Assembly: GCA_052143835.1 (NCBI GenBank)
Contig: JBKQRV010000142.1
Location: forward strand, 8,995-72,994
Reading direction: 5' to 3'
DNA: 64,000 nt
Source: Alphaproteobacteria bacterium
GTDB taxonomy: Bacteria; Pseudomonadota; Alphaproteobacteria; JACZXZ01
This document shows, piece by piece, positions 28,265-40,982 of the stretch (its first letter is position 1; every line of letters starts with the position of its first letter). The notes under the pieces were generated by a model, which saw nothing but the letters and a program-made list of their open reading frames with translations, was not told the DNA's origin and ran no database searches. Position numbers and translations under genes: made by a program.

Positions 28265-28741
28265 ATGAGCAACGCCTATCTCTTGATCAGGACCATTCAC
28301 ATCCTGAGCGCCACCCTGCTCCTCGGCACCGGCATCGGAACGGCTTTCCACATGTGGTTCGCCCATCGTACGGGCGACCTGCACGCGATCGCGGCGGTGT
28401 CCGCCAACGTCGTGCTGGCGGATTTTCTCTTCACCACGCCCGCAATCATCGCGCAGCCGCTGAGCGGCGTCGCCCTCATCTGGCTCCAGCACGGCGATCC
28501 CTGGGCGCCCTGGCTCATTGCGTCCTACGCCCTCTTTGTCGTCGCAGGCACGTGCTGGCTGGCCATCGTCGGACTGCAGATCAGGGTGCGCGATCTCGCC
28601 CGCGCGGCGCTTGCGGCGGGACGGCCGCTCCCCCCCGAATACCACCACTCGATGCGGCTCTGGTTCAGACTCGGCTGGCCGGCCCTCGCGGCCGTGCTGG
28701 CGATCTTCTGGTTGATGACGGCGCAGCCGCGGCTTTGGTAG
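28265..28741 (+). CDS. DUF2269-family integral membrane protein
   Basis: 158 aa with four TM helices (MSNAYLLIRTIHILSATLLLGTGIG ...). Confidence 0.6.
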   Translation: MSNAYLLIRTIHILSATLLLGTGIGTAFHMWFAHRTGDLHAIAAVSANVVLADFLFTTPAIIAQPLSGVALIWLQHGDPWAPWLIASYALFVVAGTCWLAIVGLQIRVRDLARAALAAGRPLPPEYHHSMRLWFRLGWPALAAVLAIFWLMTAQPRLW

Positions 28742-28916
28742 GTGCCGGCGCCGACGCGCGCTCGAACGCCGCGAAGCCGGCCCGCCCGGGTCCCTATTTG
28801 ATTCAGATCAATGCGCGTTCCAGGCACCTATCGCATCCCCTCACGCTAACCCCAGCAGTCGGCGCGCCTCATAGCGTGGGCGATCCACGAAGGTGTGAGC
28901 CGCAGGACGGAGGCAG

Positions 28917-29597
28917 ATGATGAACTATCCCCCGGTGCCCGAGGCGAGCGAGGTCGCGCGTCACTTCAGCGAGGCCGTGCGCCGCTCGCGGCCCGCCGAC
29001 TGGCCCTACCGCCATTGGAAACTCAGCGACGTTTTGCCGGAGAGCATGTGCACCGGCATCCTTACCCTCCCGATCGTCCCCCCGATGCTCGGGAAAACCG
29101 ATGGCACGCGCAATACCTACAACAGCCGGCGCACCTTCATAACCCCATCGCTGCGCGCCAAATTCCCGACGTGCGCGGTGCTCGCGGACGCGCTGCAACG
29201 GCCGGACGTGGCACGGCTGATGGCCGAGACCTGCCACATCGAGGCCGCCGGCAGCTATCTGAGGATGGAATACATTCAGGATACCGACGGCGCTTGGCTC
29301 GAGCCGCATCGCGACATTCCCGAAAAGCTGTTCTCGATGGTGATCTATCTCTGTACCGGGCCGGAGGCGAAGGACTGGGGTACGGATATCTATGATAGCG
29401 AACGCCGCTGGGTCGGGCGCTCCTCGGCCGAGTTCGACTCCGGTGTGATTTTCGTTCCCGGCCCCGCGACCTGGCACGGCTTCGATCCGCGGCCCATCAT
29501 CGGCGTGCGGCGCCTGATGGAGATCAATTATGTCCGGCCGGACTGGCGTGACCGCGAACAGCTGTCAATCCCGGATCGGCCGATCGTGCTCGCCTAG
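28917..29597 (+). CDS. putative 2OG-Fe(II) oxygenase superfamily protein
   Basis: Has an HxD (LEPHRDIPE) and a distal His (ATWHGF) in a double-stranded beta-helix-like context. The family assignment is tentative. Confidence 0.45.
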   Translation: MMNYPPVPEASEVARHFSEAVRRSRPADWPYRHWKLSDVLPESMCTGILTLPIVPPMLGKTDGTRNTYNSRRTFITPSLRAKFPTCAVLADALQRPDVARLMAETCHIEAAGSYLRMEYIQDTDGAWLEPHRDIPEKLFSMVIYLCTGPEAKDWGTDIYDSERRWVGRSSAEFDSGVIFVPGPATWHGFDPRPIIGVRRLMEINYVRPDWRDREQLSIPDRPIVLA

Positions 29598-29668
29598 CGA
29601 CTTCCGTTAAGGCTGCCTCCTCCGATATCCCCTCGATACTCCCTTGACTCGTTCCTTTCCCTTGGTTA

Positions 29669-29698
29669 GAACAAATAAGGAACGAACAAATCGCGAAC
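29669..29698 (+). promoter_or_regulatory. tandem alphaproteobacterial LexA SOS boxes (GAAC-N7-GAAC x2) upstream of imuA
   Basis: GAACaaataagGAAC at 29669-29683 is immediately followed by GAACaaatcgcGAAC at 29684-29698, about 20 bp upstream of the imuA ATG at 29717. Confidence 0.75.
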
Positions 29699-29716
29699 GA
29701 TTTCTGGGAGAATTCC

Positions 29717-30493
29717 ATGAGCTATCGCCACGATCTCGTCTCGGTCGAGGCGCTCAAGAGCCGCATCCTGGCGCTCGAGGGCGCCTGGCAGGGTGTCGGC
29801 CGGCACGAGGAAGCACGGCCCGCAGCCCCGCTTGGGCTCGAGCCGTTGGACCGTGCCTTGCCCTGGGGCGGTCTGCCCACGGCCTGTCTCCACGAGGTCT
29901 CGGCAGGAGCCGCGGCCGATGGTGCCGTTGCCGGCTTCGCTGCCTATCTCCTCGCCCGCTTGAGCGCCGCGGCGGGAAGGCGGCAGTCCGCCGTGCTTTG
30001 GTGTGCCGCGGGCGAGGGGCTTTACGGGCCGGGTCTTGCCGCCTACGGGCTGGATACGCACCGGCTCATCCTCGTGCGCGGACGGCGCCAGGCCGACCTT
30101 CTGTGGGCGCTCGAAGAAGCCTTGCGCTCGGGTGCCCTCGCCGCCGTGCTGGGCGAGATCGAGGAGGCGGACTTGACTGCCACGCGCCGGCTCCAGCTTG
30201 CCGCCGAGGCCGGGCGCACGACGGCCCTCCTGCTCCGTCCTCTGGGCGGCAAGCCCGCCCCCTCGGCCGCCGTCACCGCTTGGCGCATTGCCGCCGCCCC
30301 CTCGGGAGCGGCCCCCTGGGGCGCCGGACTCGGCCGTGAGCGCTGGCGCCTCGAGCTCGTGCGTTGCCGCGGAGGGTTGCCGCGTCAATGGCTTGTGGAG
30401 TGGAACGATGAGGCGAATCGTCTCGCTGTCGCTGCCGAGTTTCGCGACCGATCGGTTGACGCGCCTACCGGCGCTCGCCGCCTGGCGGGCTAA
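29717..30493 (+). CDS. imuA: translesion DNA synthesis-associated protein ImuA (SulA/RecA-like)
   Basis: 258 aa, first gene of the imuA-imuB-dnaE2 cassette, LexA boxes upstream, with a RecA-fold-like core. Confidence 0.8.
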   Translation: MSYRHDLVSVEALKSRILALEGAWQGVGRHEEARPAAPLGLEPLDRALPWGGLPTACLHEVSAGAAADGAVAGFAAYLLARLSAAAGRRQSAVLWCAAGEGLYGPGLAAYGLDTHRLILVRGRRQADLLWALEEALRSGALAAVLGEIEEADLTATRRLQLAAEAGRTTALLLRPLGGKPAPSAAVTAWRIAAAPSGAAPWGAGLGRERWRLELVRCRGGLPRQWLVEWNDEANRLAVAAEFRDRSVDAPTGARRLAG

Positions 30494-31949
30494 GCCCTTC
30501 GCGACCACCGCGAAAGCGGGCGGCCGGCTCGTCATCGTCGCCGCCAATGCGCCGGCCGAGGCCGCCGGCATTGCTCCCGGCCAAGTGCTGGCGGACGCGC
30601 GCGCGCTTGAGCCGGGCTTGCGTGTCGTCGCCGCCGACCCCTCTGCCGACGGCTCTGCCCTTGCAGCCCTTGCCGACGGGTTGACGCGCTACACCCCTTG
30701 GGTGGCCGTCGACGAGCAGGGGGAAGGTGGCGCGCGCGGCGCGCTTCTCGACATCACCGGCTGCGCCCATCTCTTCGGCGGCGAGGCGGCCCTCTTGGCC
30801 GACCTCATAGGCCGGCTCGAGCGCTGCGGCTTCGCCGCGCGTGCGGCAATCGCAGCGAGTGCGGGGGCCGCCTGGGCGGTCGCCCGCTTCGCTCCTCACG
30901 ATCGCCTCATCATCGCGCCCGGCGCCGAGGGCGAAGCGCTCGCGGCTCTCCCCGTTGCCGCCTTGAGGCTGCCGGCCGAGACGGCGGGCAGGCTCGAGCG
31001 CCTCGGGCTGCGCCGCATCGGCGCCCTCTATACGCTGCCGCGGGCACCCCTCGCACGCCGCTTCGGGAGCCTCGTCGGCCGCCGTCTCGACCAAGCGCTC
31101 GGCCGCGTGCAGGAGCCGATCTCGCCGCGCCGGCCGGTCGAGCCCTGGCGCCTCCAGCTCGCCTTTGCCGAGCCGATCGCGCAACGCGAGGATATCGCGG
31201 CCGCCACTGAGCATCTCACGGCCGCGCTCTGCCGCCGCTTGGCCGAGGAGATGAAGGGCGCGCGCCGGCTCGTCCTCGCACTTTACCGGGTCGACGGCAC
31301 CCTCGCGCGCGTCGAGATCGGCACCAGCCGCCCGGTGCGCGAGACCAAGCATCTCATGCGTCTCTTCGCCGAGAAGCTCGACGGCCTCGACGTCGGGCTC
31401 GGCCTCGACCTCGTGGCGCTTTCCGCCCCCGTGGTCGAGCCGCTCGCGGCGTCCCAGAGCGGCCTGCTCGCTGGCGCGAGCGAGGCAGCGCTGCCCGCGC
31501 TCGCTGCCCTTGTCGACCGCCTCGCCAACCGCCTCGGCGCGAGCGAGGTACGCCGGCTGGTCCCCGTCGCGAGCCACCTTCCCGAGCGCGCCCAGCGCGC
31601 GGCCCCGGCACTGGCCTCGGCGGGTGCCGCGGAAGCTCCTTGGCGTAAGCGCCGGCCGCGTCCCTTGCGCCTCTTCACGCGACCCCAGCCGGTCGATGCG
31701 ATCGCCCCCGTGCCCGATGATCCCCCCCTCCTCTTCCGCTGGCGCGCGCAGCTCCACCGCATCCGCCGCGCCGACGGGCCCGAGCGCATCGCCGGCGAGT
31801 GGTGGCAGGGCAACACCCCCGCCCAAGCCGAGGTGCGCGACTATTATAGGGTCGAGGACGAGGCGGGCAGGCGCTTCTGGCTCTATCGCGAGGGCCTCTA
31901 CCACCCCGAGCGCCGCCCGCGCTGGTTCCTCCACGGGCTGTTCGCGTGA
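30408..31949 (+). CDS. imuB: Y-family DNA polymerase-like protein ImuB
   Basis: 513 aa starting MRRIVSLSLPSFATDRL (UmuC-like N-terminus). It overlaps the imuA 3' end in another frame and lies upstream of dnaE2. Confidence 0.8.
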   Translation: MRRIVSLSLPSFATDRLTRLPALAAWRAKPFATTAKAGGRLVIVAANAPAEAAGIAPGQVLADARALEPGLRVVAADPSADGSALAALADGLTRYTPWVAVDEQGEGGARGALLDITGCAHLFGGEAALLADLIGRLERCGFAARAAIAASAGAAWAVARFAPHDRLIIAPGAEGEALAALPVAALRLPAETAGRLERLGLRRIGALYTLPRAPLARRFGSLVGRRLDQALGRVQEPISPRRPVEPWRLQLAFAEPIAQREDIAAATEHLTAALCRRLAEEMKGARRLVLALYRVDGTLARVEIGTSRPVRETKHLMRLFAEKLDGLDVGLGLDLVALSAPVVEPLAASQSGLLAGASEAALPALAALVDRLANRLGASEVRRLVPVASHLPERAQRAAPALASAGAAEAPWRKRRPRPLRLFTRPQPVDAIAPVPDDPPLLFRWRAQLHRIRRADGPERIAGEWWQGNTPAQAEVRDYYRVEDEAGRRFWLYREGLYHPERRPRWFLHGLFA

Positions 31950-31974
31950 GGTGACCGCGCCGTCAAAGTGTTTT

Positions 31975-32177
31975 CACCACGGAGACACGGAGGACACGGA
32001 GGACACGGAGAAGAAGAAAGCAAGATCTAACGCAGAGGTCGCGAAGGATGCGACGCCAGAGGCGTCGCATCAGTGGACGCAGAGGAATAATTTTTCTCCG
32101 CGTCCTCTGCGCATCCTCCGCGTCCTCTGCGCTGAACAATGCCTTCTCTTCTCCGTGTCTTCCGTGTCTCCGTGGTG
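31975..32177. repeat. self-complementary intergenic repeat element (copy 2) between imuB and dnaE2
   Basis: Near-perfect terminal inverted repeats: CACCACGGAGACACGGAGGACACGGAG (31975-32010) and CTCCGTGTCTTCCGTGTCTCCGTGGTG (32151-32177). Internal features are CGCAGAGG/CCTCTGCG inverted pairs and a 17-mer direct repeat CTCCGCGTCCTCTGCGC x2. Confidence 0.7.
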
Positions 32178-32202
32178 CATCTGTCGTGCACTGGGATTAC
32201 CC

Positions 32203-35487
<3,285 letters not shown>

Positions 35488-35509
35488 GCGGAGACGGACC
35501 CTCTACCTC

Positions 35510-36523
35510 TCAGAATCCCGCGAGCACGACCTTGCCGCGCGCGCGGCCGCTCTCGATGAGCGCATGCGCCTTCCTGAGCGTCGCGGCATCGATCCGGCCC
35601 ATCGTCTCGGTCGCGGTCGTGCGGATCAAGCCGTCGTCGACAAGGGCGGAAACCTCGTTGAGCAGGCGGTGTTGGGCGATCATATCGGGCGTCTCGAACA
35701 TGGAACGCGCGAACATCGCCTCCCAGTGAATGGACACGGCCTTGCGCTTGAAGGGCATCGCATCGAGGGACTTGGGGTCGTCGATCAGGCCGAACTTGCC
35801 CTGGGGTGCCACGATCTCGACGATCTCCGCGAGGTGCCGGTCGGTCGCGGTGACGCCGAAGACGTACTCGACGCTCGGAAAGCCGAGGGCCGCGAGCTGC
35901 GGGGCGAGGGGCTGGCCATGATCCACGACGTGGTGCGCGCCAAGCTCGAGGCACCAGGCCCTGGTCTCGGGCCGCGAGGCCGTGGCGATGACCGCAAGCC
36001 CGGTAAGCCGGCGCGCCAATTGGATGGCGATCGAGCCCACACCACCGGCACCTCCGATGATAAGAAGCGCACCCCCTGCTGCGGGCTTGCCGATGCGGAT
36101 GCCGAAGCGGTCGAACAGCATCTCCCAGGCGGTGATCGCGGTGAGCGGAAGGGCCGCGGCCTCGGCGAAGGAGAGGCGCTTCGGCATGGCGCCCACGATG
36201 CGCTCGTCGACGAGATGGAACTCGGCGTTCGTCCCTTGGCGCAGGATGCTGCCTGCGTACCAGACCTTGTCGCCGGGCTTGAAGAGGCTTGAGCCCGGTC
36301 CCACGGCCTCGACCGTGCCGGCGCCGTCGAAGCCGAGCACCTTGGCCTTGCCCGGCTCGGGCTGGGCGCGCAGCCGCACCTTGGTATCGACCGGGTTGAC
36401 CGACACGGCCTCGATCTTGACGAGAAGGTCGCGCCCGCTCGGCGCCGGCTTCTCGAGCTCGAGGTCGAGGAGCGACTTCGCCTCGCCGATCGGCAAGGAG
36501 CGGTAGTAGCCCACGGCTTTCAT
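35510..36523 (-). CDS. zinc-binding alcohol dehydrogenase / NADPH:quinone oxidoreductase (MDR superfamily)
   Basis: 337 aa with a GroES-like N-terminal domain and a Rossmann domain (LIIGGAGGVGSIAIQLA). Confidence 0.8.
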   Translation of the reverse strand: MKAVGYYRSLPIGEAKSLLDLELEKPAPSGRDLLVKIEAVSVNPVDTKVRLRAQPEPGKAKVLGFDGAGTVEAVGPGSSLFKPGDKVWYAGSILRQGTNAEFHLVDERIVGAMPKRLSFAEAAALPLTAITAWEMLFDRFGIRIGKPAAGGALLIIGGAGGVGSIAIQLARRLTGLAVIATASRPETRAWCLELGAHHVVDHGQPLAPQLAALGFPSVEYVFGVTATDRHLAEIVEIVAPQGKFGLIDDPKSLDAMPFKRKAVSIHWEAMFARSMFETPDMIAQHRLLNEVSALVDDGLIRTTATETMGRIDAATLRKAHALIESGRARGKVVLAGF

Positions 36524-37152
36524 CCAATCCTCCCTTTGCGCATGAGATGACGGCGCAGCAGCGCCAGCCGGTCATTGCCCCAAAAGAGCCGGTCGCCCGC
36601 GATAAAGGTCGGGACCCCGAAGGCCCCGCGTGCGAGCGCTTGGCGCAAGATGCGCTCTTGCTCGGCCCTGCTCGCGCGGCTGTCAAGCTCCGCCTCGAAG
36701 CGGGCGCGCTCGAGGCCGGCCCGCTCGGCCAGCTCCGCGCAAAGTGCGCGGTCGATCCGCGCTCGCTCTTCCACGAAGATCGCCGCGAACAGCGCGCGCG
36801 CGTATCCTTCGACCGCGCCCAGGCGCCGCGCCGTGACGGCGGCGCGCGACAACAGGTCGGGCTCGAGTGCCAGACGCCCGTGGGGCTCGCGGAAGGCAAT
36901 GCCGTAATACTCCGCCCACGCCTCGGCATCGCGCCGCCGATAGCCCCAGTCATATTGCCCCGCGGCTTTTCCCGCCTTGAAGGGATTGTCGCCCCGCGTC
37001 TCGATGAGCTTGGCGCTATCGACCGGGAGCCAGTCGAACGCGGCGCCGGTCTCGGCGGCGAGTGCGGTCAACTGGCTCGCCGCGAGATAGGAATAACGGC
37101 TGCCCAGCCCGAAATAGAACTCGACAACCGAGCCGGGTGCTGAGCTCGTCAC
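36520..37152 (-). CDS. 2-hydroxychromene-2-carboxylate isomerase / DsbA-like thioredoxin-fold protein
   Basis: VEFYFGLGSRYSYL ... FGVPTFIAGDRLFWGNDRL is typical of HCCA isomerase. A GTG start at about 37152 is inferred; the ORF's upstream extension is Arg-rich junk. Confidence 0.65.
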   Translation of the reverse strand: MTSSAPGSVVEFYFGLGSRYSYLAASQLTALAAETGAAFDWLPVDSAKLIETRGDNPFKAGKAAGQYDWGYRRRDAEAWAEYYGIAFREPHGRLALEPDLLSRAAVTARRLGAVEGYARALFAAIFVEERARIDRALCAELAERAGLERARFEAELDSRASRAEQERILRQALARGAFGVPTFIAGDRLFWGNDRLALLRRHLMRKGRIG

Positions 37153-37163
37153 GCCGGCCGCCG

Positions 37164-38411
37164 TCACGCCGTACCGCCGCCGGGGGCGAGCGTCGTCACG
37201 ATGCTGATCTCGGAGGTGAGCGTGCGGTGCACCGGGCACTTGTCGGCGATCTCCATCAGGCGCTGGCGCCCGGCGGCGTCGAGCGGTCCCTCGAGCTCGA
37301 TCAGGCGCTCGATGCGGTCGAGCATGCCCTCCTTGGTCTCGCACTCGGCGCAGTCCTCGGCGTGGATCTTGCGGTGGCTGAGGCGCACGATCGTGCGCGC
37401 AAGCGGCAGGCCCTTGCGCTCGGCATAGAGGCGAAGCGTCATCGCGGTGCAGGCGCCGAGGGCGGCCAGGAGATAATCGTAAGGCCCAGGGCCGCTGTCG
37501 TTGCCGCCTGCGGCCTCGGGCTCGTCTGCAGCGAGGCGGTGGCGGCCGACCGTGATCGCTTCGCTAAAGCGCCCTTCGCGCGTCTCGGCCACCACGACTT
37601 CGCCCGCCCGGGTCGGGGCTATGTCTGGCAGTGCCGCTCCTTGCGCGGCGCCCACATAGCGCTGGGCCCAGGCGGCCAGCACCTCCGCCACGAATTCGGC
37701 ATCCTCGCGCCGGCGCAAGAGATGGTCCGCCTGGTCGAGCGAGACGAAGCTCTTGGGGTGGCGCGCCGCCTCGAAGATGCGCGTCGCATTCTCGATGCCC
37801 ACGATCTCGTCGCGCGGCGCGTGAAAGATGATGAGCGCCTTGCGCAAGTCGCGGATGGCGTCCTCGAGGCGGTGCCGTGTGATGTCCTCGAGGAACTGCC
37901 GCTTGATGCGGAAGGGCCGGCCGCCGATCGAGACCTCCGCCTCCCCCGCGGCCTCGATCTCGGCGGCGCGCTCGCCCAAGAGCTGCCTCACATGGTCCGG
38001 CTCGGCGGGCGCCGCGATGGTCGCGACCGCGGTCGCCTCCGGCACGCGGGCGGCCGCGGCCAGCACGGCGGCACCGCCCAGGCTGTGGCCGATGAGGAGC
38101 TTCGGCGCCGCGTGGTGCTCGCGCAGGAAATCGGCCGCGGCGACGAGATCGCCGAGGTTCGAGGAGAAATTGGTGTTGGCGAACTCGCCCTCGCTTGCGC
38201 CGAGACCGGTGAAATCGAAGCGCAGCACGGCAAAGCCGCGCTCCGCGAGGCCGCCCGCGATGCGCGCCGCGGCGAAGATGTCCTTCGAGCAGGTGAAACA
38301 ATGGGCGAAGAGCGCATAAGCGCGCGGCGTTGCCGCCGGCAGCTCGAGGAGGGCCGCGAGACGCTGGCCGCCGCTGCCCTCAAAATCGACGCGCTCGGCT
38401 CGTCTTGCCAT
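37164..38411 (-). CDS. fusion protein: alpha/beta hydrolase (N-terminal) + OsmC/Ohr-family peroxiredoxin-like domain (C-terminal)
   Basis: Nucleophile elbow GHSLGG. The C-terminal OsmC-like segment is PYDYLLAALGACTAMTLRLYAERKG. Start at the internal Met MARRAERVDFEG. Confidence 0.7.
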   Translation of the reverse strand: MARRAERVDFEGSGGQRLAALLELPAATPRAYALFAHCFTCSKDIFAAARIAGGLAERGFAVLRFDFTGLGASEGEFANTNFSSNLGDLVAAADFLREHHAAPKLLIGHSLGGAAVLAAAARVPEATAVATIAAPAEPDHVRQLLGERAAEIEAAGEAEVSIGGRPFRIKRQFLEDITRHRLEDAIRDLRKALIIFHAPRDEIVGIENATRIFEAARHPKSFVSLDQADHLLRRREDAEFVAEVLAAWAQRYVGAAQGAALPDIAPTRAGEVVVAETREGRFSEAITVGRHRLAADEPEAAGGNDSGPGPYDYLLAALGACTAMTLRLYAERKGLPLARTIVRLSHRKIHAEDCAECETKEGMLDRIERLIELEGPLDAAGRQRLMEIADKCPVHRTLTSEISIVTTLAPGGGTA

Positions 38412-38530
38412 GGTCCCCTCCCCGTGCGCGCTGCCGGTCGATGCAGCTCGGCCTTGCCGAGCGATCACGGCAGGCTGTGCTTTCCGGAGCGCACGGTTAA
38501 TATGGCGCGCCCCAGCCGACGAGGACAAGG

Positions 38531-39133
38531 ATGACCAGGGACGATGTCGAGATTCTTTCGCACGAGAGGCTCTATCAGGGCTTCTTCAGCCTCGAGCGCT
38601 TCACGCTCCGGCACCGGCTCCACGCCGGCGGCTGGAGCGGCGTCATCGAGCGCGAGCTCTTCGTGCGCGGCGCGGCCGCCGGCGTTCTGCTCTACGATCC
38701 GCGGCTCGATGCCGTGGTCCTGATCCGGCAGTTCCGTATGGGCGCCTTCGGCGCCGGGCGCGGCCCATGGATCACCGAGATCGTGGCGGGCATCGTCGAT
38801 CCCGACGAAAGTGCCGAGGCGACGGTGCGCCGGGAGGCGGTCGAGGAGGCGGGGGTCGCCATCACCGACCTCGTTCCCATCACGACCTACTTGACCTCGC
38901 CGGGCGCGTGCTCCGAGACGGTCGCGCTCTTTTGCGGCCGCGTCGACGCCTCGAACGCCGGCGGCATTCACGGCATCGGCCGCGAGCACGAAGACATCCG
39001 CGTCATCGTCCTCCCCGTGGCCGAGGCCTTCGCCCTGCGGCGCAAGAACGACGACATCCAGGACTCGATCACCGTCAACGCGCTGCTCTGGCTCGAGCTC
39101 GAGCATCAAGCATTGCGCCAACGCTGGAGCTGA
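38531..39133 (+). CDS. nudF: ADP-ribose pyrophosphatase, Nudix hydrolase
   Basis: Nudix box GIVDPDESAEATVRREAVEEAGV; 200 aa. Confidence 0.8.
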   Translation: MTRDDVEILSHERLYQGFFSLERFTLRHRLHAGGWSGVIERELFVRGAAAGVLLYDPRLDAVVLIRQFRMGAFGAGRGPWITEIVAGIVDPDESAEATVRREAVEEAGVAITDLVPITTYLTSPGACSETVALFCGRVDASNAGGIHGIGREHEDIRVIVLPVAEAFALRRKNDDIQDSITVNALLWLELEHQALRQRWS

Positions 39134-39149
39134 GACAGCCGCGCGCGCG

Positions 39150-39806
39150 TCAGAAGATGCCGAGCCAGCCACCGCTGCTCGGGGGTGGCGCGGTGATGCT
39201 GCACCATTCTAGCGCCTGCGCGCGGCTGAGCTGCCCGTCTTGGCTCGCATTGAGGGAATCGAAGACCTTGCCGGCGTGCCGCAAGAATTCAGGCTCGGTG
39301 ACCTGCAAGCGCAGGCTCGTATCCGCGGACATCACCGGATCAGGGACGTCGCGCGAGATGTCGACGCCGCCGGTGTCCGTGCGGCCCGAGCCAGGCTTCT
39401 TCATGTGGCCGGGATGTCCCGTCTTGTCGCTGTCGCTCTCGCTGTCGCGCGCGACTTGTTGCGGTGCCACGCCCGCCGAATAGGGCTCGCGGTAGCGCAG
39501 CAGAACCTCCGGCGTGAGGACGCCGTCGCCGTTGAGGTCCATCGCCTTGAACTGGCGGCGCGCATCGGCAAGGAAGGTCGCGCGGTCGATCGCACCCTTG
39601 TGCGCGGTGTCGAGGCGGTCGAACCAACCGCCCATCGCCGTCTCGCATTTGGGAAAGCCGAGCGGCCCGCCGGAAAGCGGCTCGCCGTTCGGGCTGAAGA
39701 TGGCGCGGTGCGGCGGATTATCCGAATGCGAACGTGAGCAGCCGGCCGCCGAGAGAAGCGCCAGCAGCGCCAGGCAAAGCCCAGCTTGCCGCAACACGCG
39801 GGTCAC
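39150..39806 (-). CDS. EF-hand calcium-binding lipoprotein
   Basis: Lipoprotein signal (LLSAAGC), EF-hand loops DLNGDGVLT and NASQDGQLS. Confidence 0.6.
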   Translation of the reverse strand: MTRVLRQAGLCLALLALLSAAGCSRSHSDNPPHRAIFSPNGEPLSGGPLGFPKCETAMGGWFDRLDTAHKGAIDRATFLADARRQFKAMDLNGDGVLTPEVLLRYREPYSAGVAPQQVARDSESDSDKTGHPGHMKKPGSGRTDTGGVDISRDVPDPVMSADTSLRLQVTEPEFLRHAGKVFDSLNASQDGQLSRAQALEWCSITAPPPSSGGWLGIF

Positions 39807-39809
39807 TCC

Positions 39810-40808
39810 TCACGCCGCATGGTGGGTCGGACAGGCATTGACCTCGACGGTCAGGTGCGCGAGCTCGCGCCGGTGCGCGAGCCTGCTCTTGAACTCGGAC
39901 GCGGGGCGCGGGCGATCGCTCACGATCGAGACGATGGCCCCGAAATGGCCGGGGCCCAAGCGCCAGAGATGGAGGTCGGCGACGCGGTCCTCGCTCCCCG
40001 CCTCGACCGCGCGGCGTATCTCGGCGGCGAGCTCAGGGCTCGCCTGGGCATCGAGCAAGACCTTCGCGGAGTCGCGCATGAGCCCGTAGGACCAGCGCGC
40101 GATCACGATGGAGCCGACGATACCCATCATCGGATCCATCCAGACCCAGCCGTAATTGCGCCCGGTCACCAGTGCGATGACCGCAAGGAACGAGGTGAGC
40201 CCGTCGGCGAGCACGTGGAGGTGGGCCGAGCGAATGTTGTAGTCGCGATGCTGGGCGTGATCATGATCCTCGCGATGGCCATGGGAGTGCCCATGCTGGT
40301 GAGCAGCGGTCGCCTCATGCCCGTGGCGGTCGGGGCTGTCTCCGCCCTCCAGGCGCTCATGCAGCAGATAGGCGCTCAGGAGATTGACGCAGAGGCCGAC
40401 TGAGGCCACGAGGATCGCCTCGTCGAAGGAGATGGTGACGGGCGCGAAAAGGCGTGTCACCGATTGATAGGCGATGATCAAAGAGATGACGGCGAGGATC
40501 ATGGCACTCGAGAAGCCGGCGAGATCGCCGAATTTGCCGGTGCCGAAGGAGAAGGCAGGGTCGCTCGCGTGCCGGCGCGCGTAATAGTAGGCGAGGGCCG
40601 TGATGCCGAGTGCCCCCACGTGCGTCGCCATGTGCCAGCCGTCGGCGAGGAGCGCCATCGAGCCGTAAAGCGAGCCCGCCACGAGCTCGACCACCATCAT
40701 GGTCGCGGTGAGGCCGATCACGGCCCAGGCCTTGCGCTCGTTCTTGCGGTGCGAGCGGCCGAGGAAAACGTGCTCGTGCCGCCACCGGCTGAGATCGATC
40801 GTGTGCAT
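39810..40808 (-). CDS. cation diffusion facilitator (CDF) family Co/Zn/Cd efflux transporter
   Basis: Six TM helices, a His-rich cytoplasmic loop (HGHSHGHREDHDH) and a C-terminal CTD. Start at the internal Met MHTIDLS. Confidence 0.85.
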   Translation of the reverse strand: MHTIDLSRWRHEHVFLGRSHRKNERKAWAVIGLTATMMVVELVAGSLYGSMALLADGWHMATHVGALGITALAYYYARRHASDPAFSFGTGKFGDLAGFSSAMILAVISLIIAYQSVTRLFAPVTISFDEAILVASVGLCVNLLSAYLLHERLEGGDSPDRHGHEATAAHQHGHSHGHREDHDHAQHRDYNIRSAHLHVLADGLTSFLAVIALVTGRNYGWVWMDPMMGIVGSIVIARWSYGLMRDSAKVLLDAQASPELAAEIRRAVEAGSEDRVADLHLWRLGPGHFGAIVSIVSDRPRPASEFKSRLAHRRELAHLTVEVNACPTHHAA

Positions 40809-40982
40809 AGTGCGCGTCCTTTTGCCCGCAACCCGGCAGTATAGCGCGCCGGGGCCGGGGCCGGAACCCGTCAAGGCGGCACCCGTCAAGCCGATGGCCG
40901 CACTCGTCGAGGCTGTCGCTTGATCGGCCCTGAGGCTCTGGCTACTGTGCCGGGAGAGGAAACGACCCGGTAAAGGTCCCCC

